From an uncultured Candidatus Saccharibacteria bacterium (GTDB lineage Bacteria > Patescibacteriota > Saccharimonadia > Saccharimonadales > AWTP1-31), in the NCBI GenBank assembly GCA_937903325.1, contig CALCZR010000060.1:210404-274403 (forward strand): 64,000 bases of DNA. The letters run 5' to 3'. Shown in pieces: positions 55,422 through 63,499 of this stretch. Position numbers and translations under genes: made by a program. Within the stretch, counting starts at the first letter, position 1; the number at the start of each line of letters is the position of its first letter. Under the pieces are notes generated by a model. It was not told the origin of the DNA, did not search any database, and saw nothing but the letters and a program-made list of their open reading frames with translations.

Positions 55422-55739
55422 ATGTACAAACTATTTGTAGGTGGTCTGCCATTCAGCACCACCGATGAAGAACTCGGTCAGATCTTTGGCGAACACGGTG
55501 CAGTTGCATCTGCTGTTGTAGTCAAGGACCGCGAGACTGGACGCAGCAAGGGCTTCGGCTTTGTTGAGTTCGAAAACGACGACGAAGGAAAAGCAGCAGA
55601 AAAGGCACTACACAATAGTGACCTCGGCGGCCGATCTATCACCGTCAACGAAGCACGTCCTAAAGAAGATCGACCTCGTCGAGACTTCGGTGGAAACGGC
55701 GGCGGCAATGGCGGTTCATTCCGTCAGAGCAGCTGGTAG
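55422..55739 (+). CDS. RRM-type RNA-binding protein with Gly-rich tail
   Basis: RNP2 LFVGGL, RNP1 KGFGFVEF, C-terminal GGNGGGNGG. Confidence 0.85.
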   Translation: MYKLFVGGLPFSTTDEELGQIFGEHGAVASAVVVKDRETGRSKGFGFVEFENDDEGKAAEKALHNSDLGGRSITVNEARPKEDRPRRDFGGNGGGNGGSFRQSSW

Positions 55740-55754
55740 AAAACTACCAACGTT

Positions 55755-55784
55755 AAAAGAACCCCTCCGGGGGTTCTTTTTTTT
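55755..55784. terminator. rho-independent terminator (strong on plus strand)
   Basis: GAACCCC-TCCG-GGGGTTC followed by T8. Confidence 0.8.
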
Positions 55785-55796
55785 GCCTAAAAAGTA

Positions 55797-56495
55797 CTAC
55801 CCTCGAACCGCAGTATAGGTGCTAGAGAGGGAAGATCGAGTACGCGGACGCGATGACCTATTAACTGGGCTTCGGTGAATGTGAGTTCCCCGTAGAATAT
55901 ATGCAGCACCGGCAATAGGTTGCGCCCAAGATAGACCTAGACGGATGAGTGTCTCATCATCATAGTATCTATATATAGGCTCGAACTCCTTAGCGAATGT
56001 TTCAATCTCTGCATCATCTCCGGTAGTAAAGATAAAGCCTGTTTTCTGTTCAAGATCATCAAGTAGCTCCTGTGGAATTTCTCCTTGTAGGATCTCACTC
56101 CCGTCTTTGGAATCAACTCTTACATCTACTTCTCCTGGCGTGCTGCCATCTGTATGCCAACCCATAGCAAAGTCTAAGTACGGCTGCCCTGGCAACGCCG
56201 TGTGCCTATCAAAAGATAAGCCTGAGTGCATTACGCTGTCACCAGAAGATAATCCTAAGTGCGCATGCAAGTCTTCGTGCACAGGCTGCAAGATGACTTC
56301 AGCTGCCACTAAAGCAGCATTCTTCATAAGGACTAGCTCATGGCCTGAAGCCGTACCACTCTCGACCTCGCTCACATATGGCGCACCATCCGTCACTCGA
56401 AAGTCGGCCTGAAAAGTAGTATAGAAATCCTCAAACTGACTGGGGTCAAGTTGCGAGAATACTTCAATTTCTGGGAGATAAATACCCGAACTCAT
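55797..56495 (-). CDS. hypothetical protein with HxD...H pattern (possible Fe(II)/2OG-dioxygenase-like)
   Basis: GWHTDGS and GTHIHRS segments. Weak, motif-only call. Confidence 0.3.
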   Translation of the reverse strand: MSSGIYLPEIEVFSQLDPSQFEDFYTTFQADFRVTDGAPYVSEVESGTASGHELVLMKNAALVAAEVILQPVHEDLHAHLGLSSGDSVMHSGLSFDRHTALPGQPYLDFAMGWHTDGSTPGEVDVRVDSKDGSEILQGEIPQELLDDLEQKTGFIFTTGDDAEIETFAKEFEPIYRYYDDETLIRLGLSWAQPIAGAAYILRGTHIHRSPVNRSSRPRTRSSLSSTYTAVRG

Positions 56496-56543
56496 TACAA
56501 TATGATATCATAAAATGTATTATTTGTAAATATCTACTAACGC

Positions 56544-56903
56544 TTAATGCTCTTTAAAGACGACTCCACTATTCTCGTCTTTTTTCTCAGGCTCTTCTAC
56601 CTTAGGAGGCGGCACCTTTATCTGACTCCAGTCCGGAGCCTTGTTCTGAGCCCATTCTACCGCCAGGTACCTTAGGTACACGGCATATACACCCAAGCCA
56701 AAGGCTGCAGGCATAGAAACGATCAGGACGAGGTTTAAGAACGGTATAGCCAATGCCAGGATAGTCACAGCAAGGGCACCCGCAAAGTACTTGAGTATTT
56801 TCTTGAGCTTTATGTCTACCGGTACTTTTGTAGTCTCACCCGTAAACTGTATAGGGCTAACAGGCTGTTTAAGGGTTTTATTGGGGTCGTGTGCATCATT
56901 CAT
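56544..56903 (-). CDS. small membrane protein, unknown function
   Basis: 119 aa with two TM helices in the middle. Confidence 0.45.
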   Translation of the reverse strand: MNDAHDPNKTLKQPVSPIQFTGETTKVPVDIKLKKILKYFAGALAVTILALAIPFLNLVLIVSMPAAFGLGVYAVYLRYLAVEWAQNKAPDWSQIKVPPPKVEEPEKKDENSGVVFKEH

Positions 56904-56919
56904 GGTTATGTATATAATA

Positions 56920-56939
56920 ACACTCCCCGAAGGGAGTGT
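56920..56939 (-). terminator. hairpin after the YeaQ-family gene (weak U-tract)
   Basis: ACACTCCC-CGAA-GGGAGTGT. On the minus strand it is followed by TATTATATAC. Confidence 0.4.
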
Positions 56940-56969
56940 CTGGTTAAGAATGTGATGTAAGTTATGAAA

Positions 56970-57224
56970 TTAGGCTCTCGGAGACACTGCCTTGTAGAGC
57001 CCGAGTAGTACAACTGCACCAAGAATTGCAACCAGCAGACTACCGAGGTTAAATCCAGTCACACCGGAACCACCAATGGCACGAGCCAGAAAACCGCCAA
57101 CCACGGCACCAACGATTCCGATCACGATATTCATAATCCCGCCCTGCTGCTCGTTAGTATTCATTATTAGTGAGGCGATCCATCCCGCCAGGGCACCAAA
57201 TACAATCCAGGCAATAATACCCAT
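56970..57224 (-). CDS. GlsB/YeaQ/YmgE family stress-response membrane protein
   Basis: MGIIAWIVFGALAGWIA...; 84 aa, Gly-rich TM helices. Confidence 0.75.
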   Translation of the reverse strand: MGIIAWIVFGALAGWIASLIMNTNEQQGGIMNIVIGIVGAVVGGFLARAIGGSGVTGFNLGSLLVAILGAVVLLGLYKAVSPRA

Positions 57225-57279
57225 ATCTATCTCCTTTTGTTTTAACTGTTAGTTAGTAGTTGCCTCGGCAAATCCGTTC

Positions 57280-57507
57280 CTACAGTGCGTAGTGGAATCC
57301 GGAAAGCTGTTGGCCTCTTGCGTGGCCGAAGTGTCGCTTGGCATCATGTGCGTATACCTCGCGTGCATACATATGAAGCGGACTTGCAACCTGGTCCGAC
57401 TCCAATTGTCGAGTTAAGGTGTTGACCGGCTGAGCCAGCTCTGGATATTGTCGTTCTTTGCGAGCGATGAAGTTGTGTATCTTCTTATCTAGTGTTGCTT
57501 GTCTCAT
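57280..57507 (-). CDS. hypothetical protein
   Basis: 75-aa ORF with no motif. Confidence 0.35.
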   Translation of the reverse strand: MRQATLDKKIHNFIARKERQYPELAQPVNTLTRQLESDQVASPLHMYAREVYAHDAKRHFGHARGQQLSGFHYAL

Positions 57508-57668
57508 GATTTCCCTCCTTAAGTACTCTCAACCCCTATACTACGCAGATTCCTTATTGTTATCTGTAAAGTTCCTCATCCATAACGTGTAATATTTTTC
57601 ACTCCTTATGGTAAAAGCCTAGAAGTATACTACACTTTAGACACTGAAATATTCCTTAAAGGGTTGTT

Positions 57669-59429
57669 ATGCGCCAAAGAATAAAGAAACTCAATACTAT
57701 TACGGCCCCCTCCCTTAAAACCTACACTGTTGCGACGCTGACCGTACTCATAGCCTGCCTAGTTATTACCTTCTGGGCTTGGAACAATGCGAAGCAAAAC
57801 TTACGCAACGACCTCCAGACTGTTTTAAACACTGCCACTGACTCCGTACGCGACACTATTAGCAATACCCTTAATTCGTATACCGAAGTACTCCGCGGAG
57901 GGGCTGGACTATTTAATGCTTACCCTGACGTAACCCAAGATACCTGGCACCGCTATATTGGTAGCCTGGATGCCACTAACCGCTACCCCGGCTTGCAAGC
58001 CGTAGGATATATACAGGTAGTCCGTTCTGGTGAGCTAACGACCTTCTTGCAAGATAACCCCTCTCCGATTGGGGGTCAATATAACTTACAGCCTGACTAC
58101 GCCCGCGATGTATATACCATCTCCCGCTTCTTTGAGCCCCTTACCGAACGTAACGCACGTGCTTTTGGCTATGACCCTTTTACCGAGCCAATCCGCCGTC
58201 GAGCTATGGAGCAGGCTCGAGATAGCGGAGCGGCGGCCATAACAGCACGGACCACACTGATTCGGGATAATGAGCAACCGCAACCAGGATTTGTGGTGTA
58301 TCTACCGGTGTACAGGCGAGATGCTGCGGTGGCCACCGTTACTGACCGCCAAGCCGCGATCCAAGGGTATATATCTGCTGGCGTCCGCACCAGGGAGCTT
58401 ATAGACAAGCTCTTTTCTAAAGTTATTACCGCTGACTCTGCATTACTTATCTATGACGGGACCGACCAGAAGCCTGATAACCTCATATACGAATCTAAGA
58501 CGTACCAGAGCCTTAAAAATAAGCCAGGGCTGACGACTACTACCCAGGTGTTCGATGCCGGGACCAGTAAATGGACCATCGTGACACTTATAAACCAGAA
58601 TGTGGCTTCAGCGGTACAGCGTAAGCAACCGCAGGAGATCCTTATTGGGGGAACAGTCTTTAGTGTCTTAATAGCCGCCCTGCTGTTTATCATCATGACC
58701 ACCCGTGCCCGAACCATTGCCAACGAGAAAAATCGTGAAGTTCAGGAAGCCAAAGATAGTCTTATTTCACTAGCCTCTCACCAGCTCCGTACGCCAGCCA
58801 CAGGTGTGAAGCAGTTCATTGGCATGGTACTAGAGGGCTACGCAGGTAAAGTTACTAAGGAACAGCGCCAGATGCTCGACAAAGCCTACCAAAGCAACGA
58901 ACGTCAACTTGAGATTATTAACCAGATTTTGCATGTCACCCGTGCCGACTCCGGCCGGCTCGTACTACACAAGGAAAAGTTAGACCTCAATGAGATTATC
59001 AAGACAGTGATAAGTGAGCATTCACAACCGGTTAAGGCGCGGGACCAAAAGGTTATGTTCAAAAAGGGCTCCCCAAAGATGATCATCTCTGCTGATAGGC
59101 AGTACCTGACAATGGCAATGGATAACCTGCTGAGCAACGCGAGCAAGTATTCTCATACTAAAACGACCATCCGTATCACCACTGAACAGGTTGGTCGAGA
59201 GGTCGTCATTAAGGTAACCGATAAAGGAGTTGGTATTCACGCCGACGACATGCACCGTCTCTTCCAGAAGTTCTCACGAATAGATAATGAACTATCCGTG
59301 GAAGCCGGAGGCAATGGGATCGGCCTGTACCTATGTCGTGAAGTAATTGCCCTCCATGGGGGTGACATAGCCGTTGAATCGGAACCAGGTAAAGGTTCGG
59401 TGTTCGTTGTGACACTACCCAAGCGCTAG
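57669..59429 (+). CDS. CHASE-domain sensor histidine kinase
   Basis: Periplasmic CHASE-like region between two TM helices. H-box SHQLRTPAT. HATPase motifs DKGVGI, GNGIGL. Confidence 0.75.
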   Translation: MRQRIKKLNTITAPSLKTYTVATLTVLIACLVITFWAWNNAKQNLRNDLQTVLNTATDSVRDTISNTLNSYTEVLRGGAGLFNAYPDVTQDTWHRYIGSLDATNRYPGLQAVGYIQVVRSGELTTFLQDNPSPIGGQYNLQPDYARDVYTISRFFEPLTERNARAFGYDPFTEPIRRRAMEQARDSGAAAITARTTLIRDNEQPQPGFVVYLPVYRRDAAVATVTDRQAAIQGYISAGVRTRELIDKLFSKVITADSALLIYDGTDQKPDNLIYESKTYQSLKNKPGLTTTTQVFDAGTSKWTIVTLINQNVASAVQRKQPQEILIGGTVFSVLIAALLFIIMTTRARTIANEKNREVQEAKDSLISLASHQLRTPATGVKQFIGMVLEGYAGKVTKEQRQMLDKAYQSNERQLEIINQILHVTRADSGRLVLHKEKLDLNEIIKTVISEHSQPVKARDQKVMFKKGSPKMIISADRQYLTMAMDNLLSNASKYSHTKTTIRITTEQVGREVVIKVTDKGVGIHADDMHRLFQKFSRIDNELSVEAGGNGIGLYLCREVIALHGGDIAVESEPGKGSVFVVTLPKR

Positions 59430-59543
59430 TAAAATTAGGTGTTTAGCACATTGCATTCTAGCTGTGAGAATTTTCACTTGTAGCTACGGGATGTTTAGCG
59501 ATACTATACATAGTATATTCCTGAGAGGAGTGTCAAACAGACA

Positions 59544-59939
59544 ATGGCTAAAATTCTTATAGTTGAAGATGAGACGACTTTAAACGAGGCGTACAGCATA
59601 ATCCTCGGTAAGCAAGGGCATGCTGTTACGTCCGTATTTAACGGTGTACAAGCACTAGAAGCCGTAAAGAAAGAAGTACCGGAACTTATCTTACTTGACC
59701 TCCGTATGCCGGAGATGGACGGTGTAGAGTTCTTGCAGAATCTCCAGCCTCTTGAGAACCATCCACAAATGAAGATTATTGTCTTTAGTAACTACGACGT
59801 CCAGAAAGACATCGACGAAGCCTTTAAACTTGGTGCTACCCGCTACATGCTCAAAGCCTGGGCCTCACCCAAGGAACTGGTTCGGGTGGTAGATGAGACC
59901 ATGACTGGCAAGCCCAGTAAAAAGAAATCTACTAAGTAG
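59544..59939 (+). CDS. single-domain response regulator (receiver only)
   Basis: ILIVEDE...LILLDLRMPEMDG...KAW; 131 aa with no output domain. Confidence 0.85.
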   Translation: MAKILIVEDETTLNEAYSIILGKQGHAVTSVFNGVQALEAVKKEVPELILLDLRMPEMDGVEFLQNLQPLENHPQMKIIVFSNYDVQKDIDEAFKLGATRYMLKAWASPKELVRVVDETMTGKPSKKKSTK

Positions 59940-59979
59940 ACTATCTAGGCCACCATACAAACACGGCGAACTGGTGCTT

Positions 59980-60297
59980 TTAGCTGGCGAGGTTCTCAGC
60001 AAGCCATGCTTCAACGGCTGGTGTCGTGTGGGCAACCGCAGTGGCGGTTAGCGCTGGCGTATCGTAACTGTGGAGTGTGTTTACAAGCCTGGAGATAGCG
60101 TCAAACTTCTCAGCAACTGTTTCCATGACAAGCATCTGCTCACTTGCCTGCTCTATTTTCCCCTCCCACCAATACATGGATTCAACGGGAAGGCGGCGGG
60201 CACAGGCGATAAGTTTGGCTTCAAGCAGCGCTCGACTAATCTTGTCCGCTTCTGCTTGGTCGGCGCAGGTAAGATAGGCCATGATCATGCTGCTCAT
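59980..60297 (-). CDS. cutA: divalent-cation tolerance protein CutA
   Basis: ESMYWWEGKIEQASEQMLVMET...HSYDTPAL. Confidence 0.8.
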   Translation of the reverse strand: MSSMIMAYLTCADQAEADKISRALLEAKLIACARRLPVESMYWWEGKIEQASEQMLVMETVAEKFDAISRLVNTLHSYDTPALTATAVAHTTPAVEAWLAENLAS

Positions 60298-60971
60298 ATT
60301 GTCAGCTCTCTGAGTTCATCTTCACCGAGTACTTGGCGCATTTTTTCGGTGTTTAGAATGTAGCGTTGGTTCTGGTAGCTAATAATCTTCTGGTCGCGGA
60401 GCTTGCCCAGCTCGACAGCCGTAGTCTCACGGGTCATACCGATCATATGGGCCAGGTCTTGGTGAGTTAGTCTAATGTCGATCCTGAAGACATTCGGTCG
60501 GATCTCTTTACCGAATCTTAGAGTCATCCACTGTAGGATGCGTAATAGTTTCTCAGAGGCCTTGGTTTGCTCCAGGGCAGATATATGCAGCATGGCACCG
60601 ACGTACAGGTTTACGTAGCGATGCAGTGCAAAGTCCAGCATCTCCGGGTTAGAAGTTAGGAATTCCAATAACTTTTGTCGGGGTATGGCATATATCTCAC
60701 TGTCGGCAAAGGCGTCACAGTAATACAACGAAACAGGTGATTTCTGGAATAACCATTCTACGGGTAAGAAGCCATATTCATCGGTAAAGGTAATGACTTT
60801 CTCTTCGCCATTGGTGTTGATGTCATATACCTTTATGATCCCCTTCTTTACGACAAAAGCCGTACGAGGAACTTCGCCTTGGTATAAAATTGGCCACCCT
60901 TTTTTAAGCTTCCTGAGTGGATACTTATCCAGAAAGCTCTTGAGTTCTTTGGGAGCGAGGGTGCCTTCCAT
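60294..60971 (-). CDS. Crp/Fnr family transcriptional regulator
   Basis: cNMP-binding-like N-terminus. C-terminal HTH LTHQDLAHMIGMTRETTAVELGKL. Confidence 0.8.
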   Translation of the reverse strand: MEGTLAPKELKSFLDKYPLRKLKKGWPILYQGEVPRTAFVVKKGIIKVYDINTNGEEKVITFTDEYGFLPVEWLFQKSPVSLYYCDAFADSEIYAIPRQKLLEFLTSNPEMLDFALHRYVNLYVGAMLHISALEQTKASEKLLRILQWMTLRFGKEIRPNVFRIDIRLTHQDLAHMIGMTRETTAVELGKLRDQKIISYQNQRYILNTEKMRQVLGEDELRELTI

Positions 60972-61085
60972 ATCCCTATTATACTCGCCAATGCTCCAAG
61001 CGTAGGCAGTACAACATACAACACTATGTCGCCTAAGGAGTATTGACTATTTCTCATCTGTTTAGTACCATATAGGCTGCCTTAT

Positions 61086-61160
61086 CGCGGGGTAGAGCAG
61101 TGGCAGCTCGTGTGGCTCATAACCACAAGGTCGCAGGTTCGAGTCCTGCCCCCGCTACCA
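61086..61160 (+). tRNA. initiator-type tRNA-fMet (anticodon CAT), CCA encoded
   Basis: CGCGGGG TA GAGC AGTGGCA GCTC G TGTGG CTCATAA CCACA AGGTC GCAGG TTCGAGT CCTGC CCCCGCT A CCA. Unpaired C1xU72. Only two G:C pairs next to the anticodon loop. Confidence 0.8.
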
Positions 61161-61246
61161 AGTGAAAATAACAGAGGTGAGTCAACAAAACACGTTGGCT
61201 CACTTTTTATTTCGCCCCTGTTATTTAGGTTTCAGTCCTGCTTGGT
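61154..61246 (+). repeat. direct repeat copy 1 (last 7 nt of tRNA-fMet plus 86 nt downstream)
   Basis: 85/93 identical, ungapped, to 62974-63066 (offset 1820 nt). Confidence 0.9.
61177..61210 (+). terminator. rho-independent terminator after tRNA-fMet (inside repeat copy 1)
   Basis: GTGAGTCAAC-AAAACAC-GTTGGCTCAC followed by TTTTT. Confidence 0.75.
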
Positions 61247-61265
61247 GTTTGATATACTTCCAGTC

Positions 61266-62108
61266 ATGCAATCAAAACTTCCAAAACTTGCACTCGGAAC
61301 ATGGTTGATGGGCGGCACGAAAGAACCAGACCCTAACAATGATGACGAGAAAGATATTTCAGTTATTAGAACTGCTATCGACTCTGGTGTCACACTTATA
61401 GATACGGCCCAAAACTATGCTGACGGAAGATGTGAAGAATTGGTTGGCCAAGCAATTGCGAGTTATCCCAGAGAAAAGGTCCAGATACTAACAAAGCAAA
61501 AAAGGCTGAGCCTATCCTACGACGAGGTTATCCAAGGTTGCAAAGACAGCATGAAGCGTCTTGGAGTAGATTACCTCGACTATTTTGTTTGTCATGCCCC
61601 CAATCCCGACTTCGACCTTACAGACTTTTTTAAGGCCAGCAATCAGCTACACAAAGACGGTCTGATAAAGAATGTAGGTGTAAGCAACTTTGGCGTTAAG
61701 TCACTACGAATTGCGGTTGATACGTCTGATCTGCCGATAGCGCTTAACCAGGTGAGCTTTTCGATTAACGACGGCGACATTCTTACTTCTGGTGTGTACG
61801 ATTTTTGTCTTAAACACAACATACCGATTCAAGCCTACAGACCGCTAGTCGACATTAAGAAAGAGCAAGATAGCTACGATGCACTTGTAAATGTTGCAGA
61901 GAAGATGAAGCTAACCCCGCACCAAGTTCTAATTGCGTACCTAAACAGCTACGAAGGTGTTAATTTCACTACCAGGGCGAGTAGCCCCAAGCATTGGTCA
62001 GAAATAAGGGACGCCCTTAACATCAGCCTGGCGACATTCGACCTCGAGGCTCTCAAGCATGTACACCTGACTAAGCAAGGGTCATTTGGCCACTTCTTAG
62101 ACATGTAG
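61266..62108 (+). CDS. aldo/keto reductase
   Basis: LGTWLMGG, DTAQNYADGRCEELVG, TK, CHAPN (D-Y-K-H tetrad present). The track ORF's N-terminal extension runs through the tRNA and is rejected. Confidence 0.8.
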   Translation: MQSKLPKLALGTWLMGGTKEPDPNNDDEKDISVIRTAIDSGVTLIDTAQNYADGRCEELVGQAIASYPREKVQILTKQKRLSLSYDEVIQGCKDSMKRLGVDYLDYFVCHAPNPDFDLTDFFKASNQLHKDGLIKNVGVSNFGVKSLRIAVDTSDLPIALNQVSFSINDGDILTSGVYDFCLKHNIPIQAYRPLVDIKKEQDSYDALVNVAEKMKLTPHQVLIAYLNSYEGVNFTTRASSPKHWSEIRDALNISLATFDLEALKHVHLTKQGSFGHFLDM

Positions 62109-62144
62109 GCCCTAGTCCCCGTTGGTGTCTGTTAAGATGTAACT

Positions 62145-62867
62145 ATGAAAACAATTCTGGTCACAGGTTCAAGTCGAGGTATAGGCAAGGCCATTGCAGA
62201 GCTAGCTCACAAAAAAGGTTATAAAGTTATTGTGCATGGGCGCACAGATAGTGAAGAGTTAAAGAAAGTCCATGAGAGCCTAGATGGTTCAGCCAAAGCA
62301 GTCTTTGATGTCTCTGACAAAGAAGCTACACACGAGGCCATCAAAGGACTGGGTGACATTGACGTACTGGTTAATAATGCTGGCATAGCACGAAACTTCC
62401 TAAAAGACGTTTCTGAGATGGATGACGAGAAAGCATTGGAAGAATACAAAACCAACGTACTTGGCACTCTACACTGTATCCAAGCCGTAGTACCGTCAAT
62501 GCTTTCAAAAAAATCTGGAAGCATTATAAGTATTAGTTCAATTAAGGGCCAGTCAAACCTTGCGACAACAAGTACGCTTACTTTTGCAGCAACCAAAGCT
62601 GGCATTATCTCAATAACAAAAGCCTTGGCTAAAACCTATCCAGACATACGATTTAATACAGTTTCACCAGGCTACGTAGAGACAGACCAGGTCAACGACT
62701 GGAACGAAGAGACATTCAATAGAATAAATGACGGAACAATACTCGGCCGCATATCTAAGCCCGAAGAGATTGCCCCGCTTGTCTTGTTCCTTGCTTCCGA
62801 TGACGCTAGCTATATAACAGGCTCTGACTTCCTCGCTGACGGCGGCTACTCGATTAAAGGTAAGTAG
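62145..62867 (+). CDS. short-chain dehydrogenase/reductase with FxxxK in place of YxxxK
   Basis: TGSSRGIGKAIA, NNAG, SSIKG, then TFAATKAG (Phe codon TTT at 62583-62585). Confidence 0.75.
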   Translation: MKTILVTGSSRGIGKAIAELAHKKGYKVIVHGRTDSEELKKVHESLDGSAKAVFDVSDKEATHEAIKGLGDIDVLVNNAGIARNFLKDVSEMDDEKALEEYKTNVLGTLHCIQAVVPSMLSKKSGSIISISSIKGQSNLATTSTLTFAATKAGIISITKALAKTYPDIRFNTVSPGYVETDQVNDWNEETFNRINDGTILGRISKPEEIAPLVLFLASDDASYITGSDFLADGGYSIKGK

Positions 62868-62973
62868 GTTCTAGTCTGCTGCGGTAGAGTAGACTAAACC
62901 TGTTGCTTCCCTGTTCAACCGTAACCAACGAGCTAGCTCCGCAAGAATAAGGTTCCAATTCGAATGTCCTTGG

Positions 62974-63066
62974 GCTACCAATTGAAAATAACAGTGGTGA
63001 GTCAACAATATATGTTGGCTCACTTTTTATTTCGCCCCTGTTATTTAAGTTCCAGTCCGGCTTGGT
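62974..63066 (+). repeat. direct repeat copy 2, preceded by a degenerate tRNA 3'-end-like remnant
   Basis: TTCGAATGTCCTTGGGCTACCA at 62959-62980 resembles T-loop-to-CCA, followed by 86 nt collinear with 61161-61246. Confidence 0.9.
62997..63030 (+). terminator. terminator hairpin copy inside repeat copy 2
   Basis: GTGAGTCAAC-AATATAT-GTTGGCTCAC followed by TTTTT. The stem is conserved and all differences lie in the loop. Confidence 0.6.
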
Positions 63067-63085
63067 CGGTGGTAGAATGCTTTCT

Positions 63086-63499
63086 ATGAGTTCAGAAACC
63101 CCTAAACTAGCCCTGGTCATTGATAACACCTTAGAAGTTGGACTTGCAGCCAATACAGCCGCCGTCCTTACGCTTTCCGTAGGAGCACAGCATCCTGAGC
63201 TAATTGGAGCTGACCTAACCGACGGAAGTGGCCAACCCCACATCGGAATTACAAATATCCCCATTCCTGTTTTGGGTACAGACAGTGCGACACTAACGAG
63301 CCTTGTGCAGAAACTTCAAGATAAAGGTGTCGAATTAGTGAGCTTTAGTAAAATAGCTCAGTCGATACACACTTACGATGAGTACGCCTCACGCCTAAAG
63401 GAAATGCCTGGCGAAAACATTGAATATAGTGGCATTGCTATCTTTGGCCCTGCTAAAGCAGTCAATAGCCTAGTAGGTAGTCTGCCAAGGTTGAAATAA
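63086..63499 (+). CDS. DUF2000 domain protein
   Basis: KLALVIDNTLEVGLAANTAAVL...DGSGQPHIGI...IAIFGP. Start at ATG 63086 or 63077. Confidence 0.6.
   Translation: MSSETPKLALVIDNTLEVGLAANTAAVLTLSVGAQHPELIGADLTDGSGQPHIGITNIPIPVLGTDSATLTSLVQKLQDKGVELVSFSKIAQSIHTYDEYASRLKEMPGENIEYSGIAIFGPAKAVNSLVGSLPRLK

Noticed and set aside
61110-61265. N-terminal extension of the aldo/keto reductase ORF in the track
   Set aside because: The extension reads through tRNA-fMet and its terminator. The AKR family start (MQSKLPKLALGTW) is at 61266.
62868-62973. Possible complete pseudo-tRNA upstream of repeat copy 2
   Set aside because: Only the T-loop-to-CCA portion is tRNA-like. I could not fold D or anticodon arms on either strand.
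62854-63264. 136-aa minus-strand ORF
   Set aside because: It spans the repeat/terminator copy and runs antisense to the DUF2000 gene, with no RBS. The plus-strand DUF2000 product is recognisable.
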